DNA of 64,000 bases from Octopus bimaculoides (GCF_001194135.2 NC_068981.1:95467597-95531596); one strand, 5' to 3'. Positions 1 to 13,624 are shown, counted from the stretch's first letter. Notes: generated by a model from the letters alone, not told the origin. Made by a program: numbers and translations.

Positions 1-559
1 TTTCTGGCAGCGTAACCAGGTTTTGAACATCTTGCAGATGTATATAAACAATAATGCAGCAAGGTCGGTGCAATGAGGATCGACAAAAAGTTGCACCTTG
101 GTGCTCCCCACTTTAGCTTGATGTCAATGTCAAATAGATGCAAATAAGTCTGAAATAAGTGCTAAGCCATAGTACAACAACTTTGCAAAACTCCCGATCT
201 TATGGCATGCTCTGACTTTGTAACACCTTTGGAAGGTAATATCAGCTGGGGAAGCACACAATGAAGTACAGTGTTTACAGTTCAGGAGGGAAGTCGTGGC
301 TTTGTGGTTAGATCAACAATGTCCTACCTAGCCGGCTTTAAACTTAAAAGAGGCAGTAAAACGTGGATTGGCGTGCTTGAGCATTGTGATTTGTGAAAAC
401 AGATGCCCACGTAATCATGAAATTTCAGGCATAAAAAATTCTTACTCAGAAAAGCTTTCAGATTTTTCTTCTTCAAAAGCAAGTCTTCGTCAAAAAACAA
501 ATAATATTAGAGAAAGAAATGCTGTTTAATATCCGATATTCAAATAATTCAGCTAACGA

Positions 560-800
560 AATTATACAATACGAAAACAAGTTCTTCACAATAAATATAA
601 CTTAATCCCCAGTAAAAGTAAACTAACTAAATATAAGGTATATTATATGGACTAAATGTATTCTGGTTATAGAAATAAAACATGTCTAAAACAAACTTTT
701 CGAAATAATGCAATATGAAATACCCAAACGTAAACTATCGCTAGTATTTACAAAAACAAAGAAAAAGATATTACAGCACAGCACAATATATATAATAAAA
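560..800 (+). mobile_element. Possible decayed Penelope-like GIY-YIG endonuclease remnant
   Basis: Broken translation KVYYM...KQTFRNN...IYKNKEKDI loosely resembles the PLE pattern K.YIG...K.SF.N...LSKYIW.LKE. Many stops; boundaries approximate. Confidence 0.3.
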
Positions 801-939
801 CAAAATTCAATAAGAAACTATTGCCGACAACGCAACTAAACAGAATACGAACTATAGCTATATGATATGATTAGTCATGATGGTTGGCAAAAATCAGCAA
901 ATAGATAGCACTCTGGTAAACTAGAAGTTTATTTTTAGT

Positions 940-1765
940 TTGGCCGTCCTTCCAGACGTTGCTTCGATGATTTCACGCGAGCACACCGTCCATCACGATC
1001 CCCACCCCTTCTGTATGTTCTTAACTCGTCAACATTTGCCATTCCACTGTCCTGAAGCAAATTGTCCACATAAGTTAGACGTTTTCTTCTCCTGTGGTTT
1101 CTTCTTTCAACTTATTGCTATGAGACCAGTTGACATTCAGGTTCTTCTGGTGCCTGACACAATGGTCAGCAATTTTCATTCTTCTCTGCTGCATTTCCTC
1201 AGTTACTTTGGGTAGATCTTGATACTGTTGCTCGTTGGTTAAGTGAGCTCTCCATGTAACATCCAGAGTAATTCTCAACAATCTTGTGTGACAGCCATCT
1301 ATTTGTTTTCCAAGCTTTTTGCACCATATAACAAAAGTGATTCTACCGTGGAAACGGACAACCTAATTTTCAATTTACGTGCCATCTTAGAACTCCATAT
1401 TTTATGTAGTTTGTGACACATATTCCAAGCAAGTACCTTCCAGACAGCAGAGTCCTTTTCCCTACTTTCCATCCAAGCACCAATATTAGAAGCTTCCTCA
1501 ACTTCTTTTCTTGCAAAGAGGTGATTTGGTTGCTCGGGATCTTGATCAAATGTCTGATATGCAGTCTAATCTGAGTTACAGTACAGGCCAATCTTTGCAG
1601 CTTCAAGTTCTACTCTGCTGAGCACTTCCTGAGTCCGATGCATTTCTTCAGAGATAAGAGCAATATCGTCTGCGAAGTCTAGATCTGTAAGTGTCTTTGC
1701 TGTAACTCGTCTACTTCTCCGTCTTTCCAGCTTAAACACTGTTCCGACTATTTTTCTTGTAAGGC
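940..1765 (-). mobile_element. Decayed non-LTR retrotransposon RT and C-terminal region (RTE-like)
   Basis: Minus-strand translation RRVTAKTLTDLDFADDIALISEE (RT catalytic FADD motif), then KLKIRLSVSTVESLLLYG and LRITLDVTWRAHLTNEQQY...RRMKIADHCVRH. Stops present. Confidence 0.85.
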
Positions 1766-2044
1766 CTTGCGCACGGCGTACCAGAGCGCTCCATTAACCA
1801 TTAAGCAAAGTAAGCACATGGTTAGGGCATCAAGGGAAGTGGGGCGGAGGGGGGAGGGGCTCCACAGAAATGGTGAAACTGTTTGCGGTACGAATGAAAT
1901 CAATTTAAAGTTGCTAAAATCATATTCAAAGTAGTTTATATGGTCGGATATATAATTTCGAGGTGGTCATGGTGTCATAGAGACGATCTGATCAAAGACT
2001 TTGCAATTAAAAAAACGTAGGAGAAAACTTTTCAAACTTAAATA

Positions 2045-2275
2045 AAGTGGAAGTATACTCTCTTTTACTCTTTTACTTGTTTCAGTCATTTGACTGTGGT
2101 CATGCTGGAGCACTGCCTTTTAGTCGAGCTAATCGACCCCAGGACTTATTCTTTGTAAGCCTAGTACTTATTCTATCGGTCTCTTTTGCCGAACCGCTAA
2201 GTTACGGGGACGTAAACACACCAGCATCGGTTGTCAAGCAATGTTGGGGGGACAAACACAGACACACAAACATAT
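2045..2275 (-). mobile_element. tRNA-derived SINE family B (CORE-like, internal microsatellite), 3' half
   Basis: Reverse complement of the tail at 13960-14150 (GGGGTCGATT...CCAGCATG...AAATGACTGAAACAAGTAAAAG); runs into (CA)/(TA)n and a gap. Confidence 0.85.
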
Positions 2276-2310
<35 letters not shown>

Positions 2311-2997
2311 NNNNNNNNNNNNNNNNNNNNNNNNNNNNNNNNNNNNNNNNNNNNNNNNNNNNNNNNNNNNNNNNNNNNNNNNNNNNNNNNNNNNNNNNNN
2401 NNNNNNNNNNNNNNNNNNNNNNNNNNNNNNNNNNNNNNNNNNNNNNNNNNNNNNNNNNNNNNNNNNNNNNNNNNNNNNNNNNNNNNNNNNNNNNNNNNNN
2501 NNNNNNNNNNNNNNNNNNNNNNNNNNNNNNNNTATATATAATTGTATTCCGGCTTTCGCTTTCATGTTTTGTTTTTAATAACTGAGAGAGAAGGAGAGAG
2601 GTTAAAGAGGAAGAGAGAAATCGTTCAGGACTTTTAAGACCTGCCGCATCCTTTCCTGCTGGTTACTGTGCTGCCACTAGGGTGGTAAACTGTAAAGAAA
2701 CTCGGCACTTGCTTAAAGGGCTTGCCGAGCACTCGCCATTTTTGTTGGATCCATAAAGAACCCACTTTTCCTTTTGCTTTTTCCGGTGTCGAGAGACACG
2801 ATTTGAACTTGGAACGCACAAAGCCACAACGGATATCGGAAGCAATCCACCGCCTGGATTAGTACTTTATTTATCGACCTCGAAATAGTGAAAGTCAAAG
2901 TTGACCTCTGTCGGATTTAAACTCATACTGCAAGGCTTCTAACCAAAGTCCTTCATCTCTACTAATTCCCTGTTTTAATAAGTGGTTATTCTTTGGT

Positions 2998-3202
2998 GGG
3001 CGAGTTGGCAGAATCGTTAAAACGCCGGGCAAAATGCTTTCGTCCCTCTTTACATTCAAAGTTCAAATTCCGCCGAGGTCGACTTTGTCTTTTATCCTTT
3101 TGGGGTCAATAAAATAAGTACCAGTTGAGCACTGGGCCTCAATGTAATCGACTAGCACCTTTCCCCGAACTTCCTGGCCTTGTGTCAAAATCTGAAACCA
3201 AT
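2998..3202 (+). mobile_element. tRNA-derived SINE family A
   Basis: Head GGCGAGTTGGCAGAATCGTT (A box), GTTCAAATTCC (B box), core GAGGTCGACTTTG..TTT.ATCCTTT..GGGGTC.ATAAAATAAGTACC; many copies in the window. Confidence 0.9.
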
Positions 3203-3839
3203 AAGTGGTTATTTATGCAAATTTTTCCCCGGTGATGCTAAAATTCTTCAGGTTGTTACAAACTTCTCCGAATCTTCTATATAAGCTTTGCGTATACAAA
3301 GTGTGAAAATAACTGAGCATAATTATCACTGGCAGTACATATACAGACCCCTCCCCCCATACACACACAAAAAAAAAACACCTCGAAGATACATATAGGA
3401 ATTCACAAACACATACAATCTCTCTCTCTCTCTGCACCCCCATACACGAACACAGAAGAATACAGACACATATACAAACTTACATGCACACACTTACACA
3501 CAGACACATACACACGCACACAAGGGCAGACAGCTGGAGATATAATCGCATAATAGCACTAAAACATCATCAATCTCCTCCATCCAACACGCAAGAATCG
3601 GTAAGAACCATCAACAAAAGCTCATAGACACAGACAGTAGTTTGTATACACATGATGGCACATCACGTCGTTTCACTGTACATTCAATTAAAACCAAGCT
3701 AGCTCTCCCTCCCTCCACATCTCTTTCTGTCTGTCTGTCTCTCTGTCTGTCTCTCTCTCTCTCTCGCACTCATTCTCTCTTTCTCTCTGTCTTTCTCCTG
3801 TAAAATTCTTGCCAGTGAGTTTTATTTTCTTCTCTCTTT

Positions 3840-3879
<40 letters not shown>

Positions 3880-5085
3880 TCGCTTCCCCTAAGTGGTCCC
3901 TTTACACAGAAGCTTGCTGAACATTATTTCAAACTGCGCCCATTCGTCAAATGCTTAAGTGAGCTGAAGAACTTACTGTAAAACAACAGAAACAGCGTCA
4001 TCTTGGCTGTTTGTAGTATGTTTTCCCTTTTCCTTTTTCTCTATTTCTATAACATTCAGTATGTTTCTCTCTGATCGATATTTTGTCAGCAACCGCTCCA
4101 AAATTTTTATTGATCAACCATTATTTCTCTATTATTACGGAAATATGAGATCCTAAAGGCTGAACCGTTCAATTCATTTTGTATCCATCCCTTCTCTGTG
4201 GCATTTGGTGGAGCAACGATCCCGGCAAAACAAAAACAACAACAATAACGACAACATAAACGACAATAATGGCTCTTACAACGATATGATAATAAGTTCT
4301 ATGTTATTAACAAAAACTTTCTGAGTCATTGCACTGTAACAATTCATATGACCCATCGGACAGTGGTACTATTAGACCATAAGAACTCCCTAAAAATCAT
4401 TCATCATCTCGCTCTCTCTCTCTTTCGCTCATTCTCTCTCTCTGTCTCTGTCTCTTTCTCCCAGGCCTACACATTCTACAACGTTTATATACATATTTAT
4501 ACCAAATACTTGTGTTTTGTTGTCTCGGACATCATTCAATAGCAAGGAATCATATAAAGATACAATGTAAAATTATTCTTGCAATTTAAATTTAAAAAAA
4601 AAAAGAAAGAAATACACGGTATTTTAAAGTGCATTACATCTAATAAAACTTTTCAGTACAAACATATTCACCCACAAACAAAATGCATATAACCAAACAG
4701 GTTAAAATATGATGATGCATTCTTCTGTAGCCCAATGATATACAAATTACATCTGTGGAAAGCAATTTAACACTATATGTATATATATATAATAGATACA
4801 AAAAGAAAAAAAAGTTCCTTAACTTGAGCCAAGGTTCAAGTTAATTAAAGTACAATCATTCACAAACGTCAATACACGCATTATAGGAAATAATAACAAA
4901 AATGCATGTGTAAATTAACCGACAAATTTGCACACATGTTCTTGTTTCCCAGACATATGTTTGGATATGTAAAAACAAAAGGATGCGCACACACCCATAC
5001 AAACTGCAGCTTATATACATATACTCATGAACCCATATACACATAAATACACATGAGTGCATCATTTTACTTGTCTGATCAGACA

Positions 5086-5127
<42 letters not shown>

Positions 5128-5506
5128 NNNNNNNNNNNNNNNNNNNNNNNNNNNNNNNNNNNNNNNNNNNNNNNNNNNNNNNNNNNNNNNNNNNNNNNNN
5201 NNNNNNNNNNNNNNNNNNNNNNNNNNNNNNNNNNNNNNNNNNNNNNNNNNNNNNNNNNNNNNNNNNNNNNNNNNNNNNNNNNNNNNNNNNNNNNNNNNNN
5301 NNNNNNNNNNNNNNNNNNNNNNNNNNNNNNNNNNNNNNNNNNNNNNNNNNNNNNNNNNNNNNNNNNNNNNNNNNNNNNNNNNNNNNNNNNNNNNNNNNNN
5401 NNNNNNNNNNNNNNNNNNNNNNNNNNNNNNNNNNNNNNNNNNNNNNNNNNNNNNNNNNNNNNNNNNNNNNNNNNNNNNNNNNNNNNNNNNNNNNNNNNNN
5501 NNNNNN

Positions 5507-5561
<55 letters not shown>

Positions 5562-5988
5562 GTATATATATATATCGATCTGTTTATTTTTATCTTCCCT
5601 TCACTTTCTATACGTATATGTAAATACATGTATATGGGTGTCTATTTGTATATACATTCTTACATATATGTATAAATATATATATGTATGTATGTATATT
5701 TACACATACACTTATATCCGTAGATATGTAAAAACAAACGTACACGCACACTAACATATACACCACAGCGTATACCCATACATTCATATATGCATAAACA
5801 CATACGTACACACACATATATACAATTATTTATGTATGTATCTATATCTATATGTATGTATATATATATGTATGTACGTATCTACCTATCTATCTCTATA
5901 TATACATACATATATATATGTATATCTGTATGCGTGTGTGTGTGTGAGTGCGCGAGTGCGCGTATGTGTGTGCGTGCGTATGAGCATG

Positions 5989-6025
<37 letters not shown>

Positions 6026-6302
6026 TTATGAATTTGTGTTGCAGTATTCCTGATGTGAAACCCTGTGCTGAAACAAATATTGTTGTATTTCAGGATGGTC
6101 TTTTTTTTATTACTGTTCGATGAAGAGGTCACAGATGTGTGACGAGAGATTTCCGGACAATGGACATGAATTCAAATAAGAACAGTAATAAATGAATGAA
6201 GAACGAATTTACAGTGCGTGTGACCATCCTGAATTACAACAATATATATATATAATATGAGATATATATATATATATGTATATATGTTTATATATATATA
6301 TG

Positions 6303-6341
<39 letters not shown>

Positions 6342-6552
6342 NNNNNNNNNNNNNNNNNNNNNNNNNNNNNNNNNNNNNNNNNNNNNNNNNNNNNNNNNNN
6401 NNNNNNNNNTGTTATAAATTGACTCAATATGTATACACACACACACACACACACACACATACGCACATATATATATATATACACACAACTATATATATAT
6501 GGATATATGTGTGTGTGTGTATATATCTATATATATATACTTTATACGTATA

Positions 6553-6817
6553 CAGTAATCCCTCTCCATATCGCGGTTCACCTATCGCGGTTCACCTATC
6601 GCAGTTCACCTATCGCGGTTCACCTATCGCGGTTTATTATTTCAGCTTACGTCGATTCCTCCGTGGTGTTGTTTTGTCTTTATAGTAACATAAATATATA
6701 CAAATTATAAAAATAATAAAAGAAAATATACAGTACAGTACTATTTCTACTTCGCGGATTATCACCTACCGCGGGGATGTTTGGAACGTAGCTTCCGCAA
6801 TATTCGGGGGATTACTG
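6553..6817. mobile_element. Tigger/pogo-type MITE with subterminal 14-bp repeats
   Basis: TA|CAGTAATCCCTC ... GGGGATTACTG|TA termini with TA target duplication; about 5 copies of TATCGCGGTTCACC at ~6568-6635. Confidence 0.85.
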
Positions 6818-6877
6818 TATACATATATATGTGTGTATATGTTTTCGTATATGTGTTGTATATATACATACATATAT

Positions 6878-6912
<35 letters not shown>

Positions 6913-7679
6913 NNNNNNNNNNNNNNNNNNNNNNNNNNNNNNNNNNNNNNNNNNNNNNNNNNNNNNNNNNNNNNNNNNNNNNNNNNNNNNNNNNNNNNNN
7001 NNNNNNNNNNNNNNNNNNNNNNNNNNNNNNNNNNNNNNNNNNNNNNNNNNNNNNNNNNNNNNNNNNNNNNNNNNNNNNNNNNNNNNNNNNNNNNNNNNNN
7101 NNNNNNNNNNNNNNNNNNNNNNNNNNNNNNNNNNNNNNNNNNNNNNNNNNNNNNNNNNNNNNNNNNNNNNNNNNNNNNNNNNNNNNNNNNNNNNNNNNNN
7201 NNNNNNNNNNNNNNNNNNNNNNNNNNNNNNNNNNNNNNNNNNNNNNNNNNNNNNNNNNNNNNNNNNNNNNNNNNNNNNNNNNNNNNNNNNNNNNNNNNNN
7301 NNNNNNNNNNNNNNNNNNNNNNNNNNNNNNNNNNNNNNNNNNNNNNNNNNNNNNNNNNNNNNNNNNNNNNNNNNNNNNNNNNNNNNNNNNNNNNNNNNNN
7401 NNNNNNNNNNNNNNNNNNNNNNNNNNNNNNNNNNNNNNNNNNNNNNNNNNNNNNNNNNNNNNNNNNNNNNNNNNNNNNNNNNNNNNNNNNNNNNNNNNNN
7501 NNNNNNNNNNNNNNNNNNNNNNNNNNNNNNNNNNNNNNNNNNNNNNNNNNNNNNNNNNNNNNNNNNNNNNNNNNNNNNNNNNNNNNNNNNNNNNNNNNNN
7601 NNNNNNNNNNNNNNNNNNNNNNNNNNNNNNNNNNNNNNNTATATATATATATATATATGCACATACATACATACATACA

Positions 7680-7713
<34 letters not shown>

Positions 7714-8041
7714 CTTCCTGTCGTACCTTCAATATTCTGTTTGTTATTCTACCAAAGTGTCCGGTGGTCTCAAAAAAGTTGACAAATATCATTTTTGCAC
7801 TGAGTAACGTTGTTAGTTCCTTCTTAAATCCCTCTATTTCTGTGAGTGAGATGAATTAACTTTAGTAATTTGATACTTTCAGGAAAACACGATGATATTT
7901 TTGTAACTTACGTGTTCATATTGTGCATGTATGTATGTATGTATGTATGTATGTATGTATGNNNNNNNNNNTGTATGTATGTATGTATGTATGTATGTAT
8001 GTATGTTTGTTTGTTATGTATGTATGTATGTATGTATGTAT

Positions 8042-8220
8042 GTATAGTGAATGGGGAAAGCTTGGTCTGCAATGTTTGCAGTCGTGTATGCTTGTCAAGA
8101 GCAGGGCTCATTAGCTACCAAAGGAGCCGCAAATGCAAAATATAAGTTAGTCCTAGAGCGCACAATGTTCCTGAAGGTCGGCAATGGTCTTCCTCGGTCA
8201 CGAGTGGACGGCCATCATCA
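8042..8220 (+). mobile_element. RTE/BovB-type LINE 3' end (5'-truncated)
   Basis: Encodes IVNGESLVCNVCSRVCLSRAGLISYQRSRKCKI* (C-terminal zinc-finger-like motif), then 3'UTR and CATCAT tail; near-identical to 51077-51260. Confidence 0.8.
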
Positions 8221-8249
8221 TGTATGTATGTATGTATGTATGTATGTAC

Positions 8250-8590
8250 GTGAAGGTGCATAGTTCAGTGGTTAGAGGGGCGGGCTCACATTTCAATCCC
8301 CGGACCGGACTGTGTGTTGTGTTCTTGAGCAAGACACTTTATTTCACATGATTCCAGTTCATTCAGTTGTAGAAATGAGTTGTGACGTCACTGGTTGCAA
8401 GCTGTATCGACCTGTGCCTTTCCCTTGGATAACATCGGTGGTGTGGAGAGGGGAGACTGGTATGCACAGGTGACTGCTGGTTTTCCATAAACAACTTTGC
8501 CCGGACTTGTGCCTCAAAGGGTAACTTTTATAGGTGCAATCCCATGGTCATTCATGACCGGTGGAGGAGGGGGAGTCTTTATCCTTTACT
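8250..8590 (+). mobile_element. tRNA-derived SINE family D variant
   Basis: Head TAGTTCAGTGGTTAGAG, core GTTGTGTTCTTGAGCAAGACACTTTATTTCAC shared with 28366, 32405 and 42435; tail differs. Confidence 0.75.
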
Positions 8591-9339
8591 CTTTTTGTAT
8601 GTATGTATGTATGTATGTATGTATGTATGTATGTATATATGTATGTATGTATGTACGTATGTATGTATGTATTTTTCGGTCGGTAGTTCATATATCCGAA
8701 AAAGTAGCGCACTCTAAAGCTTTAGAGCAGTATTTTATTTAGTAGCTTTTTTTTAATTATGGCCGGTTAGAGAGAGAGAGAGNNNNNNNNNNNNNNNNNN
8801 NNNNNNNNNNNNNNNNNNNNNNNNNNNNNNNNNNNNNNNNNNNNNNNNNNNNNNNNNNNNNNNNNNNNNNNNNNNNNNNNNNNNNNNNNNNNNNNNNNNN
8901 NNNNNNNNNNNNNNNNNNNNNNNNNNNNNNNNNNNNNNNNNNNNNNNNNNNNNNNNNNNNNNNNNNNNNNNNNNNNNNNNNNNNNNNNNNNNNNNNNNNN
9001 NNNNNNNNNNNNNNNNNNNNNNNNNNNNNNNNNNNNNNNNNNNNNNNNNNNNNNNNNNNNNNNNNNNNNNNNNNNNNNNNNNNNNNNNNNNNNNNNNNNN
9101 NNNNNNNNNNNNNNNNNNNNNNNNNNNNNNNNNNNNNNNNNNNNNNNNNNNNNNNNNNNNNNNNNNNNNNNNNNNNNNNNNNNNNNNNNNNNNNNNNNNN
9201 NNNNNNNNNNNNNNNNNNNNNNNNNNNNNNNNNNNNNNNNNNNNNNNNNNNNNNNNNNNNNNNNNNNNNNNNNNNNNNNNNNNNNNNNNNNNNNNNNNNN
9301 NNNNNNNNNNNNNNNNNNATATATATATACACATATGTG

Positions 9340-9565
9340 TATGTGTGTATGTGTGTGGGGGTTTGTCCCCCACCACCGCTTTACAAGCGGAGTTGGTTTT
9401 GTTTACAGCCCTGTAACTTAGAGGTTCGGCAAGAGACCGATAGAATAAGTACCAGGCTTAAAGATGAAAAAAAGTACTGGGGTCAATTCATTCGACTAAA
9501 AGCCCTTCAAGGCAGTGCCCCAGCATGGCCGCAGTCTAATGAGTGAAACAAGTAAAAAATAAAGA
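9340..9565 (+). mobile_element. SINE family B 3' half
   Basis: TTTGTCCCCC...GATAGAATAAGTACCAGGCTT...CCAGCATGGCCGCAGTCTAATGA..GAAACAAGTAAAA matches 13960-14150. Confidence 0.85.
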
Positions 9566-11644
9566 TAGATATAAAGATGTAATATATACGCTTTTATATA
9601 TGTACAATCACACACCAGTGCATATGTATGTATATGCATGTATATATGTATGTTTGTATATGTGCACGCGCGTGTTCGTGTGTGCGTATAAAAAGCATAC
9701 ACACACGTGCGCTCGCACAAACACGCACACACTCACGCAAATATATATGTATATGTGTATTTATATGCATGTGTGCATATATATATATGTATATGTGTGT
9801 ATGCGCGCGTGTGTGTTCATGATGAACTCCTCCGTCGTTAGACGACGTATGAGGGTGCGGCAGTTTCTTGCTGAACAACCTCACAAATTATTTGTTTATA
9901 ATGGTCAAATGTTTGTGTACACATAAGTTCACTCCCTCCATCAAATCGACATTACCTGAACAGGTGCATCGTGTGCCACATGTCAGATGACGTAATGATC
10001 GCAGTGCAACGTGAAATAAAGTGTTTTGCTCAAGAAAATAACGGAACGTCTGGTGTGGGAACTGAAACCTCGATCTCGCAATCGTGCAAAACTCTCGCGC
10101 ACAATTAATCATCACTTCTCGAATTTGGATGGTTGTTATCAGTTTTTCGAAAGACTCCGCCTCTGCTGCCAAGAATCGCGGCATGCCCTCGAAGTAGGCA
10201 TTGAAGTAAATCGTTCTGAACAATCGAACCAAGTGCTACTGAAGACCACATACATTTGCTTGGGATCGATTAAAACGTGCTCATCATTATCCTCCGGAGA
10301 TGAATTGTCGCTTAGTTGTAAATTTGAACCTCCACAGGCCGGGCCTATCGAACTAATTTCGTTTTTTTCGTATCACAAGCCTTTGCTTTGTGCTTCGCAT
10401 TGAAGAATTGGTCAAGGGCTAATTTTGTCGCCAGCACATTTGTCATGATGTCTTTCAGTGGTTTTTCTCGGTTTCTGTCCAGGGTTCACTCAAGTCTAGT
10501 TTTTATAATTGTGCTTTTTATGGGTAAACTACCTTTTACTGTTGCTGACTGCCCCCGTCAACGACCGCTTAATTAATTCGCAAATCCATTCTCTGTAAGC
10601 TAGGCACGCCTATCTAGGCCGCCCGTACAGATCAAATTTGTTGTCCTTGTCTGTTTAGCCGACCACTTTGAATTGTTGACAGGCTATGCTATCATTGTCA
10701 GCTGGCCGATAGAAAACACTATCTAGATACGATCTGGAATACCTGATGTGGTTTGTCTATTGGCACATTCGGGAAATACAGTTAACACTTGTCAGAAGCA
10801 TCCGAGCAGATTGCGAGGCTTTTGCATTCGTTCTTCTATCAGCTAACCCTACAGGATTCAAGCTTACATGCAAGATGCGTTTCAATTACACAGCAGCACT
10901 TCGCATTAGGATGTTCCGAAGAAGTATGCTAGACGCCTAAAGAAACTTGGCCGCACTGCCCCAGTTGGGGTGTGGATGGCTATTACTCTGGAGGTATGGT
11001 CTTCGTTGCTGGTCACGTATAGTACCACCAGCTTACCGTCCAAGTCCAGGAAGACAGTCCATATCGCAAGATACAGATCTAGATCTTCCCGAAACAATCT
11101 AGCAACTCCGCCTCCCGACGTGTGAACCTAGCAGTCACCAAACGTGGGCAAGAAGACTCAAACCTCGGAAGTTCTGATCTTGCTGATGGGCACCGCATCT
11201 ACATACAGTGATCTAAAGTCACATTCATTTACTCTGCCCATATAAGTAAAGCCATGTTGGATGAGAAGGAAGAAATTGAGGACTACTTAACATTATTCTT
11301 GTAAAATGACAGGTGTTCCGCCCTTCTGGCTAGTTGTGGGTGTTCCCATGAATAAATCTCAGTAGAGTCATTTGCTAACATTCTTTCGGAAATCTCCGAT
11401 TACATCGTGATATTTGCTTTTTGCTAAGTTGTATGCCTTGTGTGCTGTTTTGATGATTTTTATGTGTCGGTATGTAATTTACATACGATGTGGCAATCGT
11501 ATGTAGTGCTTATGTGTTGATGTATGTGGTTTGTTGATTTTTTTGTTGTTTGCGTCTATGGCTTTGTAGTTAAAGATTTCTTTTGTCTGTGTAAAGGATG
11601 CTGGTGTGACTGTTGGCACAGGTGTAAAATGAATTGTGCAACAA

Positions 11645-13143
11645 TGGTTTCAAATTTAGGCACAAGACAACAACTTCGACAGGAGGGAGTTAGTCGATTA
11701 CTCCGGTACTTGATTGGTACTTCCTTTTATCGACCTCGATATGACGAAGAGCAAAGTTGAGTTAAGTAGGATTCGAACTCAGAAAGCAGAACCATAAATA
11801 ACACTGCAAGACATTTTCCAATGTTCTAACCAATCCACCTGCCCTTAGTCCTTTCTACTATAGGCACTACGTCTGAAATTTAGGGGACTGGGGTTAGTCG
11901 ATTTCATCAACTCCAGTGCTCAAGTGGTACTTATTTGACTGATCCCGAAAGGATGAAAGATAAACTTGACCCCAGAAGAACTTGAACTTAGAACATAAGA
12001 CGTATCACTAAGCATTTTGTCCAGCATGCTAACGATTCTGCCAGCTTGCCGCCTTCCCACCTAATGGTTTCAAATTTTGGCACAAGGCCAGCAGTTTTTT
12101 GCCGGGGAGGGGCTACGTCAACTCCATCGATCCCAACGCTCAACTGGTACTTATTTTAACCACCCCCGAAAGGGATGAAAGGCAAAGTCGACTTTCAGCT
12201 CAGAACGTAAAAGCGGGAGGAATGCCGTGAAGCATTTCGCCCGGTGTGCTAATGATTCTTCCAGCTCACCGCCTTATTCAGTACAAGTATTAATAAGTTC
12301 TTTGAGTAATCAAGTAATTATTTCAATGTATAGTTATGTAAATTATGGACAAACACACATTTTATAAAAATTTAGTCTAACACGTGGCAGCTGAACCATG
12401 CATTCCTCTTATCAATTTCCACTTTCAAAAGAAATATTTATATACTCTATGAATAGTTAGGTCGCCAGGAAATTATTTCAATTCAAAGTTAAGTAAATAG
12501 CAATTAAAAACGTATTTTTCAAAGAATCATTAGAAAAGGTGCAATGACAGAATAGAAACATTTCCGCTATGATTTAAACCACTTGAAATACTTCTTTTTA
12601 TCATAGTCACAAGGCCTTGAATTTCGGGTCAAGAGGTTCGTCGATTACATCGGCCCTAGTGCTCAACTGGTACTTATTTTATCGACCCCAAAATGATGAA
12701 AGGCAAAGTCGACCCCGGCAGACTACTAATGGCAAAAGGCCTGATATTTTGGGGCAGGGGACTAATTGATTACATCGACCTCAGTACGCAACTGATACTT
12801 AATTTATCGACCACGAAAGGATGAAAGACAAAATTGACCCTGGTGGAATGTAAAGACGGACGAAATGCCGCTAAGCATATAGCCCGGTGTGCTAACGATT
12901 CCGCCAGCTCACCGCCTTAATAATAATTATAATTCTTTCTACTATAGACAAAAGGCCTGATATTTTAGGGGAGGGGTTAAGTCGATTACATCGACCCCAG
13001 TACTCCACTTGTACTTAACTTATCGACCCCGAAAGGATGAAAGTCAAAGTCAACCTCGGCGGAATTTGAACTCAGGAATTTGAACTTAGAAGCGTCGATA
13101 AGCATTTTGTCCGGCGTGGTAACGATTCTGCCAGCTTGCCACC

Positions 13144-13145
<2 letters not shown>
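11645..13145 (-). mobile_element. Cluster of six same-orientation SINE family A copies or fragments
   Basis: Copies at ~11645, 11860, 12065, 12610, 12730 and 12940, each with ACTGGTACTTATTTTATCGACCCC.AAAGGATGAAAGGCAAAGT.GACC or a close variant. Confidence 0.9.
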
Positions 13146-13202
<57 letters not shown>

Positions 13203-13274
13203 GGAGAAGAAGAAGAAGAAGAAGAAGAAGAAGAAGAAGAAGAAGAAGAAGAAGAAGAAGAAGAAGAAGAAGAA
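13146..13274. repeat. Compound (AAT)n-(GAA)n microsatellite
   Basis: Directly visible. Confidence 0.98.
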
Positions 13275-13624
13275 ACCTAATAGAAACAGTACTACCAATA
13301 AAAGGCATAATAAAATCGATTTACAAAATTCAATGGAAATCTTTGCCTAAGCTATACGCGAACAAGCATATCCAAGAAAGGAAAGGTGTTTGTGTGTGTG
13401 TGTATATGTGTGTGTGTTACGTGCGTGCGTGTGTGCACGTGCACGAAGAAACGTGACATTGGATGACACATTTACATCAACAGATGTTTAAGTATATATA
13501 TGGGCTTTAGAGCAAAAGCAATCGACGCACTGAAAAACCACACAATAGGTCAGAGGAGAAAAAGATAAGAGAATTATAGTAAAACTACATATATGACTGA
13601 CCCACTGATAGCTTGCCAAAAATC

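Noticed and set aside
1837-1860. G-rich tract with G-quadruplex potential
   Set aside because: Short and isolated, with no supporting context.
11645-13145. CRISPR-like appearance of recurring motifs with variable spacers
   Set aside because: The repeats are ~200-bp SINE bodies with Pol III boxes at irregular spacing in eukaryotic DNA; there are no cas genes.
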